This document shows positions 40,701 to 53,115 of a stretch of 64,000 nt of DNA, piece after piece. Under the pieces are notes generated by a model. That model did no database searches. It had not been told where the DNA came from and was given only the letters and a program-made list of their open reading frames with translations. The stretch spans positions 1,550,001-1,614,000 of the forward strand of contig NC_090599.1 in assembly GCF_000497125.1 (NCBI RefSeq). The letters are read 5' to 3'. Positions within the stretch are counted from its first letter, which is position 1. Each line of letters opens with the position of its first letter. Source of the stretch: Spironucleus salmonicida (Eukaryota). A program made the translations under genes and the position numbers.

Positions 40701-42550
40701 ACTTCCGATACTAATTATTTAGAAATATCAATTTGATGCTATAATGGCACAATATTATTAATTTGTGATTAATATTTTACTTAAATAGGAATTTATTGTA
40801 TTGTAGCAGTTTAAGGACTTTACTTGCCCTTCTTAGGAGAATTATTTTAGCTAATTTTTAATGGAGAGGCAGGTTTAGCTTATTTTTTACTTGGACTCTT
40901 TGTTTACTAAACTGAGAGTTGCTATTTATATAATTCTTCCACTTATTACCTCGATATTTTCTCCTAAATTGGTGGACCGGAAATCAAATCTAATGCTATA
41001 ATCACCATTTCTGAAAATTTAAGTTCTTAATGAAGATTGCAAATATCTGGTGTAACTGAGTGATTTACTAAACAGTTGTATATTCCCTAAACTACGAAAA
41101 ACAATCTCTTATACTCGTTATTTTACTTGTTTTGATAATTTTAGGATAATATAACTAATATAAGAGGTTAGATTGATCCTACAGTCATTTTTGGACTGAA
41201 AAGAACACAAGAGAAAATATTTTCCCATAAAATACCTATAAAAGCGTTACTGCACATATGTAACTTAACACATTATATAAGACATTCCTAAGCAATCGTT
41301 CTGACACCTAAAATTGACTCATTCAGAAGTAAAATTAGTGATTTAACAAGCCTTTAAAGTTATATTGGAGACTGCAAAATCGAGTTAGCTTATACTGTAG
41401 AAACATCAATTTCGTCAGTGAATTGCCCGCGAAATGCATCAAATTGGAATAAATTTTTGAGGAAAAGTGCTGTTTCTGTCTTCTAATCCGTGAGCTTTGA
41501 TGCCAATTATGTTATTATATCATCAATTACATCACCCAATTTTGTTTACTTTAGAATAAAAAAAATGAGTGTTTGGTGCGCCTGCTGCTGAATACGTTTC
41601 TCTTTTAATTTACATAGACAGCAGTTGAAGATATGTTTACTATACTTCCAACCAATTTGGTACTAAGCAATAGTTTGCGCAAGCTTCAAAAACGCATTTT
41701 AACAGGCGGAATTCGACTCATTATCGATGTTGTACTTCAGTTAACGCGAAAATTCGAGGGTAATTTGTTATCCAGATTCGATTTGGAGAATAATGTGTTC
41801 AATTTCTTCTTTTCGTTCTTTCCATGGTAATTTATCAATTTGGCTGATGTCTATGTCCTTTTGACTAGATTCGATTTTAGTATCTTGACTAAGGTTTTAG
41901 CTTTTTAATAATGGCTATTAAACTGGTGACTAGGCCGGTTCATCGCCAGATACAGCCTGAAATAAAATTTGTTGAAAAATTGCTTCAGGGAAGTCTTTTT
42001 CCATGATCTGGAGGCATTCAGGGTCGTTTAAAAGTTGCTTAGCAATATCAATTGCCATGTTCTTAATTTCAGAGTTCTTATGCTCAACAGCACCAATGAT
42101 GACTTTTGCAACTTCTTTCCCGCCTATTTCTTAGAGAAGCGCTAGACACTGTTTTACATGTTTTAAGTTTTGCGACTTGATAGCTTATCCGAGAGCTTGG
42201 ATACAAATAGGTCTATTAATGTAGTAAATCTCCTTAATAAGAGCAGATGCGGACTGCTTAATTGAAGTTTTAGTATTTTGTAAAACAACGTTGATAAGAA
42301 TTTGTGCTATTTCTGGAAGCTCAACTGTTAGTGTAGGCAAGATTCTTTATAAAATTTGCAGTACTATTTGTAGGCAAACTAGATTTGTATCTTTTAACAA
42401 TAAGGCTGAATTTTGAATAAAAATCTAAATAAGGGCTGGTGTCTCTTATATCTTGAGTAATGCCTCTTTTCGCTCTTTCCAATTAGATGACATGATCTAA
42501 TCTGTAAGTGCTTTGTATATCTCATTCTGTTCTTCAAAAACTTGTTACAT
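37775..42550 (-). CDS. XMAP215/ch-TOG family microtubule polymerase (1591 aa)
   Basis: Frame read through with no internal TGA. TOG1 SSNWKERKEAL, TOG2 LPWKERKEEI, HEAT repeats, and a later TOG-like block (DFVMVYFAEKDSQVFIDGIRLL). Confidence 0.8.
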
Positions 42551-42605
42551 TTAAAATTTGAAATATTTATAGAGGTATTATATCTAAATAGGTATTACCG
42601 CCTAA

Positions 42606-43145
42606 ATGGAAAATCTATCTAAAACCTAGCAAAGGATTTAGGTTGCTAGCACAAAAACAAAATACACAACTTTTAGTCAGTTTGAGTCACTAAATTAATA
42701 ACCAATCGCCCCGCCTATTTACTAAAGACAAAGAGATGGACTTTGTAAACCACAAGATTCTAATGTTGATCCTACAAATAACAGAAGGCTCTTTGACCAT
42801 CACGATAATGATAGAATGTATAATGGCTATAAACTCATTCCTGTTAAACATGAGAAGAATTAACTAGTCAATATTGATCGTTGGGATCAGCCGAGTTACA
42901 CACAGAGAAAGCATTCACCTCCTGTAGGGTAAGCTTTTGTCCGCAAAGTAACTCCTCGCCCAATTTCAGAATTTTCAATGACAAAATAAGATGTTTATGG
43001 AGTTGGCGGAGGCTTATCACAGAGAGAAAATGGAAAAAAATATTTTAATGTATAAGATAATTTACATGGATGTATACAATAGACAGAAATTACATAATTT
43101 ATACGATCGACGCCTACAAACTTCAAAACTAAAAGATTTTGGTGA
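42606..43145 (+). CDS. Hypothetical low-complexity basic protein (179 aa)
   Basis: MENLSKTQQRIQ...TNFKTKRFW*. Confidence 0.65.
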
Positions 43146-43201
43146 TGATTTATAATTATATTTATAATATTTTATTGTTACTTTTCTTTATCCACTTCTA
43201 A

Positions 43202-44521
43202 ATGAAACAATAATTACACGTCATACATATCAACTAATCTAAGAAAGTATAGAAGAGAAAGACTGATAAATCAGATAGACATACTATTGATTAAGTACTT
43301 GATTAAAGAACACGAAATTTTGTTTTCTAGCTAACTGAAGCATCTTAGCTAAATTCTTTGGAATCGGTAATTAACTCAGGAAAAGAAGCAAATGTATATT
43401 TATCACATTCACCTGTAAATGGAAATCTTACAGTTGCAGTTAAAATCTTTTCTACTTCCAAAATGTCGTTTAAAAATCGCCAAATATATATTCAAAATGA
43501 TCGTCGTTTTCAGTCTGTATCGGCATCTTGTTCAAATTCAAGAAGGTTGGTACATTTATGGGCAGAGAAAGAGTTCAGAAATTGCAAGCGAATATTCGAA
43601 TGTAATCTTATTCATTTTGCTAAACCTATTTTAGTTAATGAAAACATAATTATATAAGAATTAATTGGATAAGGGAATAACGCAGCTCCAAGACTAGTTG
43701 ATGTTGCAAAATATCTTTCTATTTCAAGATTAACAAAATGCTACTATTCAATCATGAGAATGATGCGTGATCTCTATCAAATATGCAAGTTAGTACATGG
43801 AGATTTATCAGAATATAACTTATTATTTAATCAAAACAAAGTATACTTGATTGATGTAGGATAATCTACTGATGTAGACAGCGAAGTGGCTCTAACTCTA
43901 CTTAGAATAGATATCAGGAATATTAACTCATTTTTCGCCAAATTACAACTCTCGACTATCTCGAACTCTGATTTCCTCGCGTTTATTGTATCAAACGGTG
44001 TCCCAGATTTTGATAACACAATTGACGAGAATCTTATTGACTGCTGTGGCCCTACGCCAGTTTCGCAAGGGGTCGTTAGTTGGATTCGTACATTGCATAA
44101 AACTGCATAGAACCGCGATTTTGAGTCCATTAAATAAGATGATGCTTTTATTGAGACCAGAATATTCTAAAATCTCAAAGAAACTGGGGAGTTTTGCGAA
44201 GATAAATCAAGACTTGAGAACCTCGGTGTGCACGTATACGAAGAAAATGTAGAGGTAAAATATAAAGAAAGTAAATATACACGAAATGATATGTTGGTAG
44301 AAGGTGCTGAGGAGTCTTTTGAGGGCGACGAAGAGCTGTCGGAAACTGAAAAGTTAATCGTCGATATGAACTCTTTGAAGAGAAAAAACTTCACAAAAGA
44401 AGAGTGGAAAAGGATATCAGATAAGTTAAAAAACATTAGGACCGAGAAGCGAGGAACTAAGAAGCCAAAAGTGCAGAAAAGAAGAGAAAAGTCTAGGGCA
44501 GCGAAAAAACGTGGTAACTGA
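43202..44521 (+). CDS. RIO1: RIO1 atypical kinase
   Basis: QVLDQRTR, INSGKEANVY, AVKIF, WAEKEFRN, LVHGDLSEYNLL, IDVGQS, and a basic C-terminal tail. Confidence 0.93.
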
Positions 44522-44569
44522 TTTTTACTATCCTAATTATTATACATTATAGTATACTTTTTTTCTTAA

Positions 44570-45382
44570 ATGCTTTGTACTTAAATCGCACTGAATCTGA
44601 CACACCATTTCGTCCTATCTAACCGGTGTCTCGCAGTGAAGTACCAGAACAACATTCTGAGCACTTTCTGCAGCAGCAAATTGTCCAATTTTCCGCCCCA
44701 GATGGGCTTCGAATTTTCGTGCAAGGGCAGCGGCCAGGTGGTAATTTCAGACGGCCGGAAAGTCGCATTTTTCGACCCGCACAGCCTGTTCATTTTCGAT
44801 GTATCGAGCAGGAAGCTCACAGTCCGCAGGATACCCGGAATTCTGAACCTCGGCCTGGCGCACAACGAGACGTTTTTAGTGCTCGCGAAACGGGGAGTAC
44901 TGCGCGTCCGCTGGCAGGGCTGGCATCCCATCGCGAAGTGGACTCCCGCGAGCAGCGCCGCTGACTACTTTTTCGTATCTCGCGGTGCACTGCACTTCGC
45001 GGGGCACGAGGTGCTCGCGGTCGAAGTGGCAGACGCCGGGCCGATCGCGCACGTTTTGCGCGTGCAGGAGCACATGTACCTCGTCCAGTACGAGCAAAAT
45101 GCACTCCTTCTCGATTTCGAGCGGCGACTGCGCTACGCGATTGATGGCCGGGCGCGCAACCTGGAATAGCTCGTCGCGTTTTCTGCCGGGAAGCTCCGTA
45201 CGTAGCAGCACGCGCGCTTCAGCTAGAACCTGTATTCGCTGAACCACTTCTTCGAGAGCCAGCTGCTGCTCCCGCGCCTGCCGGCTCCCGAGATGCTACG
45301 CGTACGCCAGGTGGGTGCGGCGCCATTCCGGCGCTACTTCGCGGGCGCGCTCGCCACTGCACTGCTGGCGCTAGCGCTCTGA
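44570..45382 (+). CDS. GC-rich hypothetical protein with a C-terminal hydrophobic tail (270 aa)
   Basis: MLCTQIALNL...FRRYFAGALATALLALAL*. Reads through in-frame TAG codons. Beta-strand-rich, possibly propeller-like. Confidence 0.65.
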
Positions 45383-45392
45383 AACGAATTCG

Positions 45393-46391
45393 TCACTCAA
45401 ACGCAGCGTACCAGGCGAGCACGCCGGCCATTTCGGGGTCGATTTCGGCTTCCCGCGCCGCAGTTTCTCGGTCCACGGAGCAGTAGACTTTTTATAGTGT
45501 GATCTCGTCGTTTTTGATCGCGTAGAGCAGCCGGAACAGCCCAATCGCGATTACCTTCAGCTGGTCGCCATCTATTTTCTTGTGTGTCCGGCTGAGCGCG
45601 GGAACGCGCTCCAGCTGCTCCACGATGTACTACTTCACATCTATTAGCGTTTTTGAGTTGATAAACTCGATCTTCTCGGCAAACTGTTCCAAGTTGACTA
45701 CTTTTTTGACACGCTCAAAGACCTCACCGAAACTGCCTTTCACACCATCATCATAGTGCAGAGGTAACAGTGAACCAGTTACACCGTCGTTCTGCATCCA
45801 TCCACCTTTGGCATCGGCCTTGTCAAACGCAGTGATGTAAGCTGTCGCACTGATCACGGGTGTGTCGTTGAGCAGATCCAGACCTATTATGTCTTGATTT
45901 GGGCCCACACGGCCTATGCTGAGTCCAATCGGGTTGGGACGGTGGGGTGCGCGGGTGCTGAACAGACCGACGCGGCGTGTCTGCCGTGGGGCTAAAGTGG
46001 AGTTGCGGTAAGTGAAATTGCGGTCGAAGTGGAACTGAAAAAGGGCGTATGTGGAAGGAAGCTGCAATGGTGGGCGCAAGGTGGTGCGTGAGTCGGCAAG
46101 GTGCCCCAAGAGCGGTTGCCTGGTAGCTTCAAATTTTTTATTGATACAGTTTTCTGTATGAGAGAGTGGAGAGATTTTGTAAAATGTCTATATCAGTGTT
46201 TATGGTGGTTATGAAGCTTTGGGATTGAAATTGGCATCTGTGGGATTCTTTTTATGTTTCTTCATGAAAATCAGTTTCTGCTGTTCCACCGCTATTATTG
46301 TTTCTAGAGTATCTATTTTCTCTCTTAATGCGAAATAATTATTAGTGTGGTAGAGAACATAATTGTTGAACATGGATGTCTGGTCTTGCAT
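45393..46391 (-). CDS. TrmO/TsaA (YaeB) family tRNA m6t6A37 methyltransferase
   Basis: KFEATRQP, FQFH, RVGLFSTRAPHRPNPIGLS, GLDLLNDTPV. N-terminal coiled coil starting MQDQTSMF. Ends GAG-TGA. Confidence 0.88.
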
Positions 46392-46444
46392 TTTGAAAGG
46401 AATGGAGTAATGAAAGAAGAAAAAATTAGTCACTTATAATACAC

Positions 46445-46657
46445 TCATTTGATGATCCATGCATCATCCATAAATACAGCTGCATGAGGACATACCCAAA
46501 TGCATTGACAACACGTAATGCACAAATATGAGTTTTTAATCGCAACTTTCTTGGATGTATGATCTATTATCATGATTTCTACAGGGCATTATTTCACACA
46601 TAATCCACAGCCATCACATTTATCTGCATTTATTGTTATTCTTTGCCTTCCTTGCAT
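46445..46657 (-). CDS. 2[4Fe-4S] ferredoxin (70 aa)
   Basis: CDGCGLCVKQCP and CITCCQCIWVCP. Absent from the ORF track because of an internal TAA. Confidence 0.92.
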
Positions 46658-46719
46658 TTATTTACAAATTTATTATTTAATATAGTAAAATATATTACTC
46701 CTTATAATCCACTCCTCTA

Positions 46720-47955
46720 ATGGAATAGTAACTTATTTAATTCCTTATATTGGAAAAGATTGTTGATGAGTAGTCGTAGGAATCTTAATAAATATAGATT
46801 AAAAACTATATAAATAACCTAACTCAAATGTATTAGGATTCAGAATAAAATCTCGCTTAAGCTAAGCTTGTTTTATAAGAAAAGGAAGATATTTTATCTC
46901 TTGTGTAGTAAAAAATATTAGAAGTAGAGGGTAATGAATCAATAGAAATTGATGAAATAACTGTTGATTATCTGAGACTCTAAAATTAAAAACTTTAAAG
47001 AGAAAATGAATCACTAGCACAATAGTTTCAAGACTTGAGATCTTAAGAACAACTAAGTACATCTATTTCTCATAATGAATTAGAAAGCTATTTCAAACAA
47101 ATATCTGAGCTTTAGCAAAAAATAGAGACATAAGATATATAGGAAAAGACGATAGCTAAAAAGTTAGAATCGTAGACAAGTTAGATACCAAAATTATAGA
47201 ATGAATTGAACAAAGCAAATCAATAGATTAAGAACATAGAAAATAAAACGTCCCAAAAATATTAAAAGGAATTAAAGAACTAGTAAGATCAAATTATTTT
47301 ATTATAAAGTGAACTGGAAAAGTTATAGAAAGTATAATCAGATCAACAACAAATAAAATAACTAAAGGAGAAATTTGTTGCTATTAAACAAGAAAATGCT
47401 AAACTTACTCAATCAGTATCATCATTGAATTAAGTAATTAATAAGCTTAATATGTAGTTGCAAGAAAAGTAAGTTTAACAAGTATAAAAGTAAGATATTG
47501 AACTATCCTTACTTAAAGAATAGTTAGAACTTTAACTCTAAGATGTAGCATAACAATAAGCTGATATTGAAAATATTTAAATGCCTAAGTTTTATGAGTA
47601 AGAACAAAAAAATTTATAACTAGAACAATAATTACAAGTAAAGAAAGATGAAATAGTATAGTTTGTTAACTAATTATAGTGCTTAAAGCAGTAGCAGACA
47701 CAATAACTTAGCTAATCATTATTAGTAAATTAGTCTTTAGAGTAATCTATTGAGATAAAAAATTTAAATATAAAAAAACTAGAAAGCTAAATTGTTGAGC
47801 TAGATATAAATGTTTTAAACAAAAGTACAGAGCTTGAGCTTCTTGAAAAAGTACACGCTGAAGTATTAATTCAGAAAACGTAATGTCCAGTTAGATATAT
47901 TGTTGTAATCATATTGATGATTTTTGCAATCGTTCTTCAGTATTTTGTGCAGTGA
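46720..47955 (+). CDS. Gln-rich coiled-coil tail-anchored protein (golgin-like topology)
   Basis: Long heptad Q/E/K-rich body followed by YIVVIILMIFAIVLQYFVQ*. Confidence 0.75.
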
Positions 47956-47980
47956 ACTAATAAATATATTTCAAATAATG

Positions 47981-50602
47981 TCACTTAGGTTAAAATTTGC
48001 TAGATAACTCTTTATCAAAGAATGAGGCTAAGGACTCTAATTCCTGGAGAGAGCTCACTAATCCTTTTAATTAGTCAAAATTTTAATTCTTTTAAGCTAT
48101 TTACTGTAAAGCTCTGAGAGCTATAGTATCATATCCAGAAAATACACCGAGTAAATCTTTTTAAAGACATTTTTCAATAACTTCGTTAGTAGCAAAATTA
48201 AGTGCCTATGATATTTCTCCGGAACTTGTCTGTAACTGTTATTAAAGTTATTTTATTTTACTAATATTATCTAACTATTCCTCTAGTATATCATTATAGA
48301 ATTTTCCTATAGAAAATACTGGGCATTGAGTTTTCATTGCTCTCATTACTACTTATGAAACCACTAGTAATGCCTTAAAATTAAAAGATTTAAATGTAAA
48401 AGATGACTGATCTCTTGAATATGAGATATATAGTTTAGTAGTATTGCTTGTAATATTTGCAGATTTATAGAGTTAATTCTAATCCTGGATTGAAAGATGT
48501 TTAAAAAGATCAATGTATACTTCGCTAGAAATTAATATGTTATTGACTTTTGAATCATTTAGTATTTCAACTGGAGTATTATACGTAGGATTTTTAACTT
48601 TAAAATTTGGATCAATAGAACAAATTTAAAATATTTATTGTAAATTATCCAAAGAAACTCCAGTAAATACAGATGATGATAACTAGTCTAAATTTTAATT
48701 TTATAATTCTTATGTATCTATTGACTATAATCTTATATATGGAATTATTGATGTTTCAATCTCTGCTTTAATATTAAGGTGATGTTTCTAGTAGTTGTAA
48801 GTAATGATCATTTCATGCATAGATTATGTAGTAATATATGGTAAATTTTTAAATAATAAAGATCTTTTTTTCGAGTGAAATTATTATTTTTAAGGTAAAG
48901 TAAACTAACTATATTCAGCTTATGTATATTCATCATGAATAACATTTTAAATATCTGTTTGTGTTAATATTGAACCTAAACCTCCTAGCTATTATTAGTA
49001 ATCATATTCATACACCTATTAAAACGCATTATATCTCACATTATCTATCTAAAGGACCCCTCCAGTTATTTCTACATCAGGAACTCCACATGAAACAGTA
49101 AACCCTTCCACAGATGGTATTAATTCTAAATTTTACTAAACTTATTATGTAATTTTAGTAAAATCATCTCCTGAAATATTGGTTTTAGTTTATTCATCGA
49201 TCATAAGCTAGGCAACCTCTGCTCTTAATCTGAATAATTCAATAAGTTCAATTTATTCTTGCGTTTACTCTACTATTTTTTTAGATTTCTTTTATTTTTT
49301 GACTTTTTTCTTGCTAATACCAGTAGCATCAACTTAATTCTCATCTGGGGAAATTTTTTCTTCTTTAGATGATTTTCTTTTTAATCTCTATGTAAGAGGG
49401 CCTCCTCTATCTGCATATTCTTCTAAGTAATCTGACATAGTCAATACAATGGGATGTTCAAGTAAAAATAACTATTATTAGTTGGATACTAATAAGATAA
49501 TTTATTTACAGGTTGACATAACAGTATCCACAATAAAAGGAAGCTCACCACCGTCAAGAAAAGTTGCTTTATACTAAGTCATGAATGTTCTAAATAAATC
49601 ATTATAAATCATGTAGTCTGAAGATAAGGTTGTAACTGAATTTTTTGTAATTGGTTCTGATTAGTATAATAAGGTTGGTACTAACTTAAGATTAAGTCTC
49701 TCGTCTTTTATCAGATCTAGCATTGCAACTCCATATGAGGAGTCCTTATATACCAGACAAATAAAAGGCAAAGGACAACTTATACTAAGTTACTATTCTA
49801 TATATTGATGATGATAAGGGAATAACTCTGTATCATGTGTATATTGTCCTAATGGCATGGAATAAGGTTTATTTAGCATGAATATATTTTATACAAATTT
49901 TTCTCCAACTTAATTTATGTCATCAATTGTCGTAAGTAATTTGAATCCATCATTATTAACATTATATATTTTCATCTTACCATTTTGGAGCCCAATATAT
50001 AATAAGTCAACATAAGAACCAATGTATTAAATTGGATTTCTTGGGAAACTTCTACCCTCATCTATAAGATTTTCATTATCATAAAGTCTAAGGTACATAT
50101 CCTAACAAAAGCAAACATACTTTTCATTAAATACTTCTATATGTAAAATATCATCAGCAGCCATAGTCCAAAATACCTCCTTATATGGTTCCTACGTTCT
50201 AGAATGAGTAATTTGGTAGCAATACACATAATCTTTTTATACTACAAGAATATGATTTTCCTTTAGCATTTTCATATGTTTAGTAGTATGTTAAAGCTAA
50301 AATTATGTTAAAACTTATTTTGTTTCATAATCGTAGATAATTAAAAATGATTCTAGTAGCAAATTTTGAGCTGCTATTGCTATATATTTCCTAGCCCTTG
50401 ATACAAAATGTGTAGATGCAGTAGGGACAAGGGATGTAGGTGAGAATGCTTCTTAGTTGAAAAGTCCAACCATTTAGAATGTATTGTCAGTATGATATGC
50501 AAACTGTGGTTGTGAATTTGTTTCAATTGCTTCATTAGTTTCCAAATAATTCAAGTTTGAAATAGCTGGTTTATCAAAAGTAATTTATACTGTTTATTAC
50601 AT
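47981..50602 (-). CDS. BBS2: BBSome subunit BBS2-like (873 aa)
   Basis: Beta-propeller with EVFWTMAADDILHI...CQDMYLRLYDNENLIDE...YIGLQNGKMKIY, comparable to BBS2 FWTVTGDNV...SEDFDIRVF...YALSNG. Followed by a coiled coil and beta then helical C-terminal domains. Confidence 0.65.
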
Positions 50603-50667
50603 TTCAGAGGAAAATTTATTTATCATTAATTTATAATATATAATATACAATATCAAAATTAAATCAA

Positions 50668-51399
50668 ATGGAAAAAGTGATTTCATGCAAGTATGGATCC
50701 TTGACTTTTACAACTTACGGTGGAACACTTTTGTCAGCTATAATTAATGGATAAGAACTCTTATTCTTATCATAATTTTCTAATCACCCACAAAGCCCAG
50801 TGAGAGGTGGGGTGCCGGTCTGCTGGCCCTGGTTTGGTGTTGACGCACGTGGACGCCATGGCACAGTTAGAAATTAGATCTGGGATATTATTGAGATACA
50901 TGAAAGCGAAAGCTCAGCTATTGCAATACTTTCAACGACTCATCAGGATCTCAAGCTCACCATTACGTTTTCGCTAACAAATATTTTTAAAGTTTCTCTA
51001 AAGACAACTAATAACGGCAAGACTTTCCCCTCGTTCTCAGCTGCCCTGCACACTTATTTTAAGGCTGGAAAAATATTTTCAGTCACTGGACTAGGCTCTT
51101 CTTATATGGATAAAGTAATTTAGAAACCACAAAATAATTAGAAAACTGATATTGATTTTCAGACCACAGTTGATAGAGTTTACTCTATTTTCGATTCTTA
51201 AATTGCCTTTTCCAATATCAAGATGACACCTTTAAATGCCGATTCGATAGTATATTGGAATCCAGGGAAAATTGCTTAGGAAATGGCCGATTTATAATCT
51301 CCTGAGGGTTTTGTTTGCATCGAAGCTGCCGTGTTGGAGCGTGGTGATTTATAGGAAGGGGAAGTGGTGGAGTTTGGGTTTGAAGTATAGGTGGAGTGA
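50668..51399 (+). CDS. Glucose-6-phosphate 1-epimerase (aldose 1-epimerase family, YeaD-like)
   Basis: VRGGVPVCWPWFG, HGTVRN, AALHTYF, VDRVY, VYWNPG, FVCIEAA. Confidence 0.92.
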
Positions 51400-51528
51400 T
51401 ATACTACTTGTTAGAAATTTTTACGCACTATTGATCGAGTTTGGGAAAATTTGTAGATATATTTGTTTAATTTCCAGTTTGCGTAAATAATATACTGATA
51501 AGTTAATTTTTGTATCAATCGAATTTAC

Positions 51529-53034
51529 TCACTGAATTTTTACTTTTACTCTTCCTTTATAAATCTTTTATGCGATTGTTGCTGCTCGATTGACCCAATC
51601 TGGGAGATGTTAGGATTAAAATGCATGCAGAGCGCTATCTGTGAAGTTGTTACAGTTATTTTTCAGAAGATCATAACTCCTTGCCTGAAACCGGTTTGCA
51701 AGGTTCAAAATAGTTTAAATAGTATTTTATGGTTGGGCAGTAATAGGTTAAAATGTTATTTTATCTATTATATTCAAATTCTAAGATCCACACACATACA
51801 CACCAGTTCCATCCTCATCAGCGTAGCCGTATGCTAAAGCGATCAAATTAGAAAAGTTAATCTCAGTATGGTGAATCCCTAAACCAAGTTTAGTTAAAAA
51901 ATTGGTATCGGTGAGTCTATATATATTAATTGTAATCGTTAATTATTCCAATGAATACAATGGCTCTAAATATTTTAATAATCTGAGAAAAACAGCATTA
52001 GAGTGTTTATATCTGGCTGCAAATTACTTGAATTCTATTGGTGTAAGTATATTCTCTTAATTAGATATATTAATTTGTTATTTTTGCTAATTTGATTTTT
52101 AGCTAGCAAACTATATTTGTTATTTAATATTCTATATAGATTCTTATTTATCAACCTGTTTAACTTATTATAATAATTATGTTATAGTTTTCCCACTTAT
52201 AGGGTCAGTTATTTCTAATTTTTAAGAATTTTAAATAACAATGTTGCTCATTTTTGGAATATCAATTCCTTAGTTCATTTCAATATTACGCATCTAAGGA
52301 AGTGCAGGTTAAGCAAAAAGCTCTTCAAATTATTCTCCCGTCATCTCTTACTTTGTTAATTCTAACTTCTAGCTTTGTAAAAATAGTTATTATACAGATT
52401 TACTTTATTCTGACTTTTACATAATATTATATAAATATACAACTAGCGATTTATTATAAATTTTAGCCAGTCTCCCGTAAAGTTACTTTAATTACACCTA
52501 TTTGCTTTAAAGTTGATGAAAACTTGCACAGATAGAAATAAATTCAAAGTTTTTAGGTTTCAAAGACTCAAATTTTCTATAAAGTTTGCCACTTTAATCT
52601 GCATCGTCTGTATTAAAGAATACAATCATGTTTTCTACTCCAAATTTGTTAAGCTAGATTGAATTCAGAAAGATAAACAGTTGCTCTAAGACTTAAACGT
52701 CACTCTAAGCTATTTCAAAAGCATAAAACCTTCGGTGGCAGTTAGATACTTTCAATAAAATTTACAGCGACTGAGTATTTAATTGTTATTTTAATTGCTA
52801 AACAGTAAATGGTGTGCTTGAAACCTAAAAGTTTTATGTGTTAATAAGATGTGCGTTTGGTTAAATGTCTTTTAAAATAGCAAAATTAGAAGTGTTAATA
52901 GATACAAAAAGAGGCCTTTGGAAATTTTCCTAAATTGATGATAGAATATTGTTTCTAAGCTACTAAATGCTTATAATTGAAATATTGTGATTGAAAACAG
53001 GTTACTATTCAGATTGAAAGTATTGTATCTTCAT
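51529..53034 (-). CDS. PPPDE/DeSI (C97) isopeptidase with a long N-terminal extension (501 aa)
   Basis: C-terminal INIYRL...LGIHHTEI...YG...SYDLLKNNCNNFT...LPDWVNRAA, with the His/Cys dyad present. Confidence 0.85.
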
Positions 53035-53115
53035 TTTTAAGTAATAAAATAAAGAGACAAAAATATTATTAGTAAAATATTATATATTTATAATCTCGAA
53101 ATATTTTTGTTTACA

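Noticed and set aside
44581-45247. Several overlapping standard-code ORFs on both strands in the GC-rich island
   Set aside because: They are shadow frames produced by high GC. Only 44570-45382 has a start in an AT-rich promoter context and tiles with its neighbours.
44570-46391. GC island as bacterial contamination, a mobile element or a recent horizontal insert
   Set aside because: Both genes use TAR=Gln. No terminal repeats or transposase are visible, and the GC shift falls inside a continuous TrmO reading frame.
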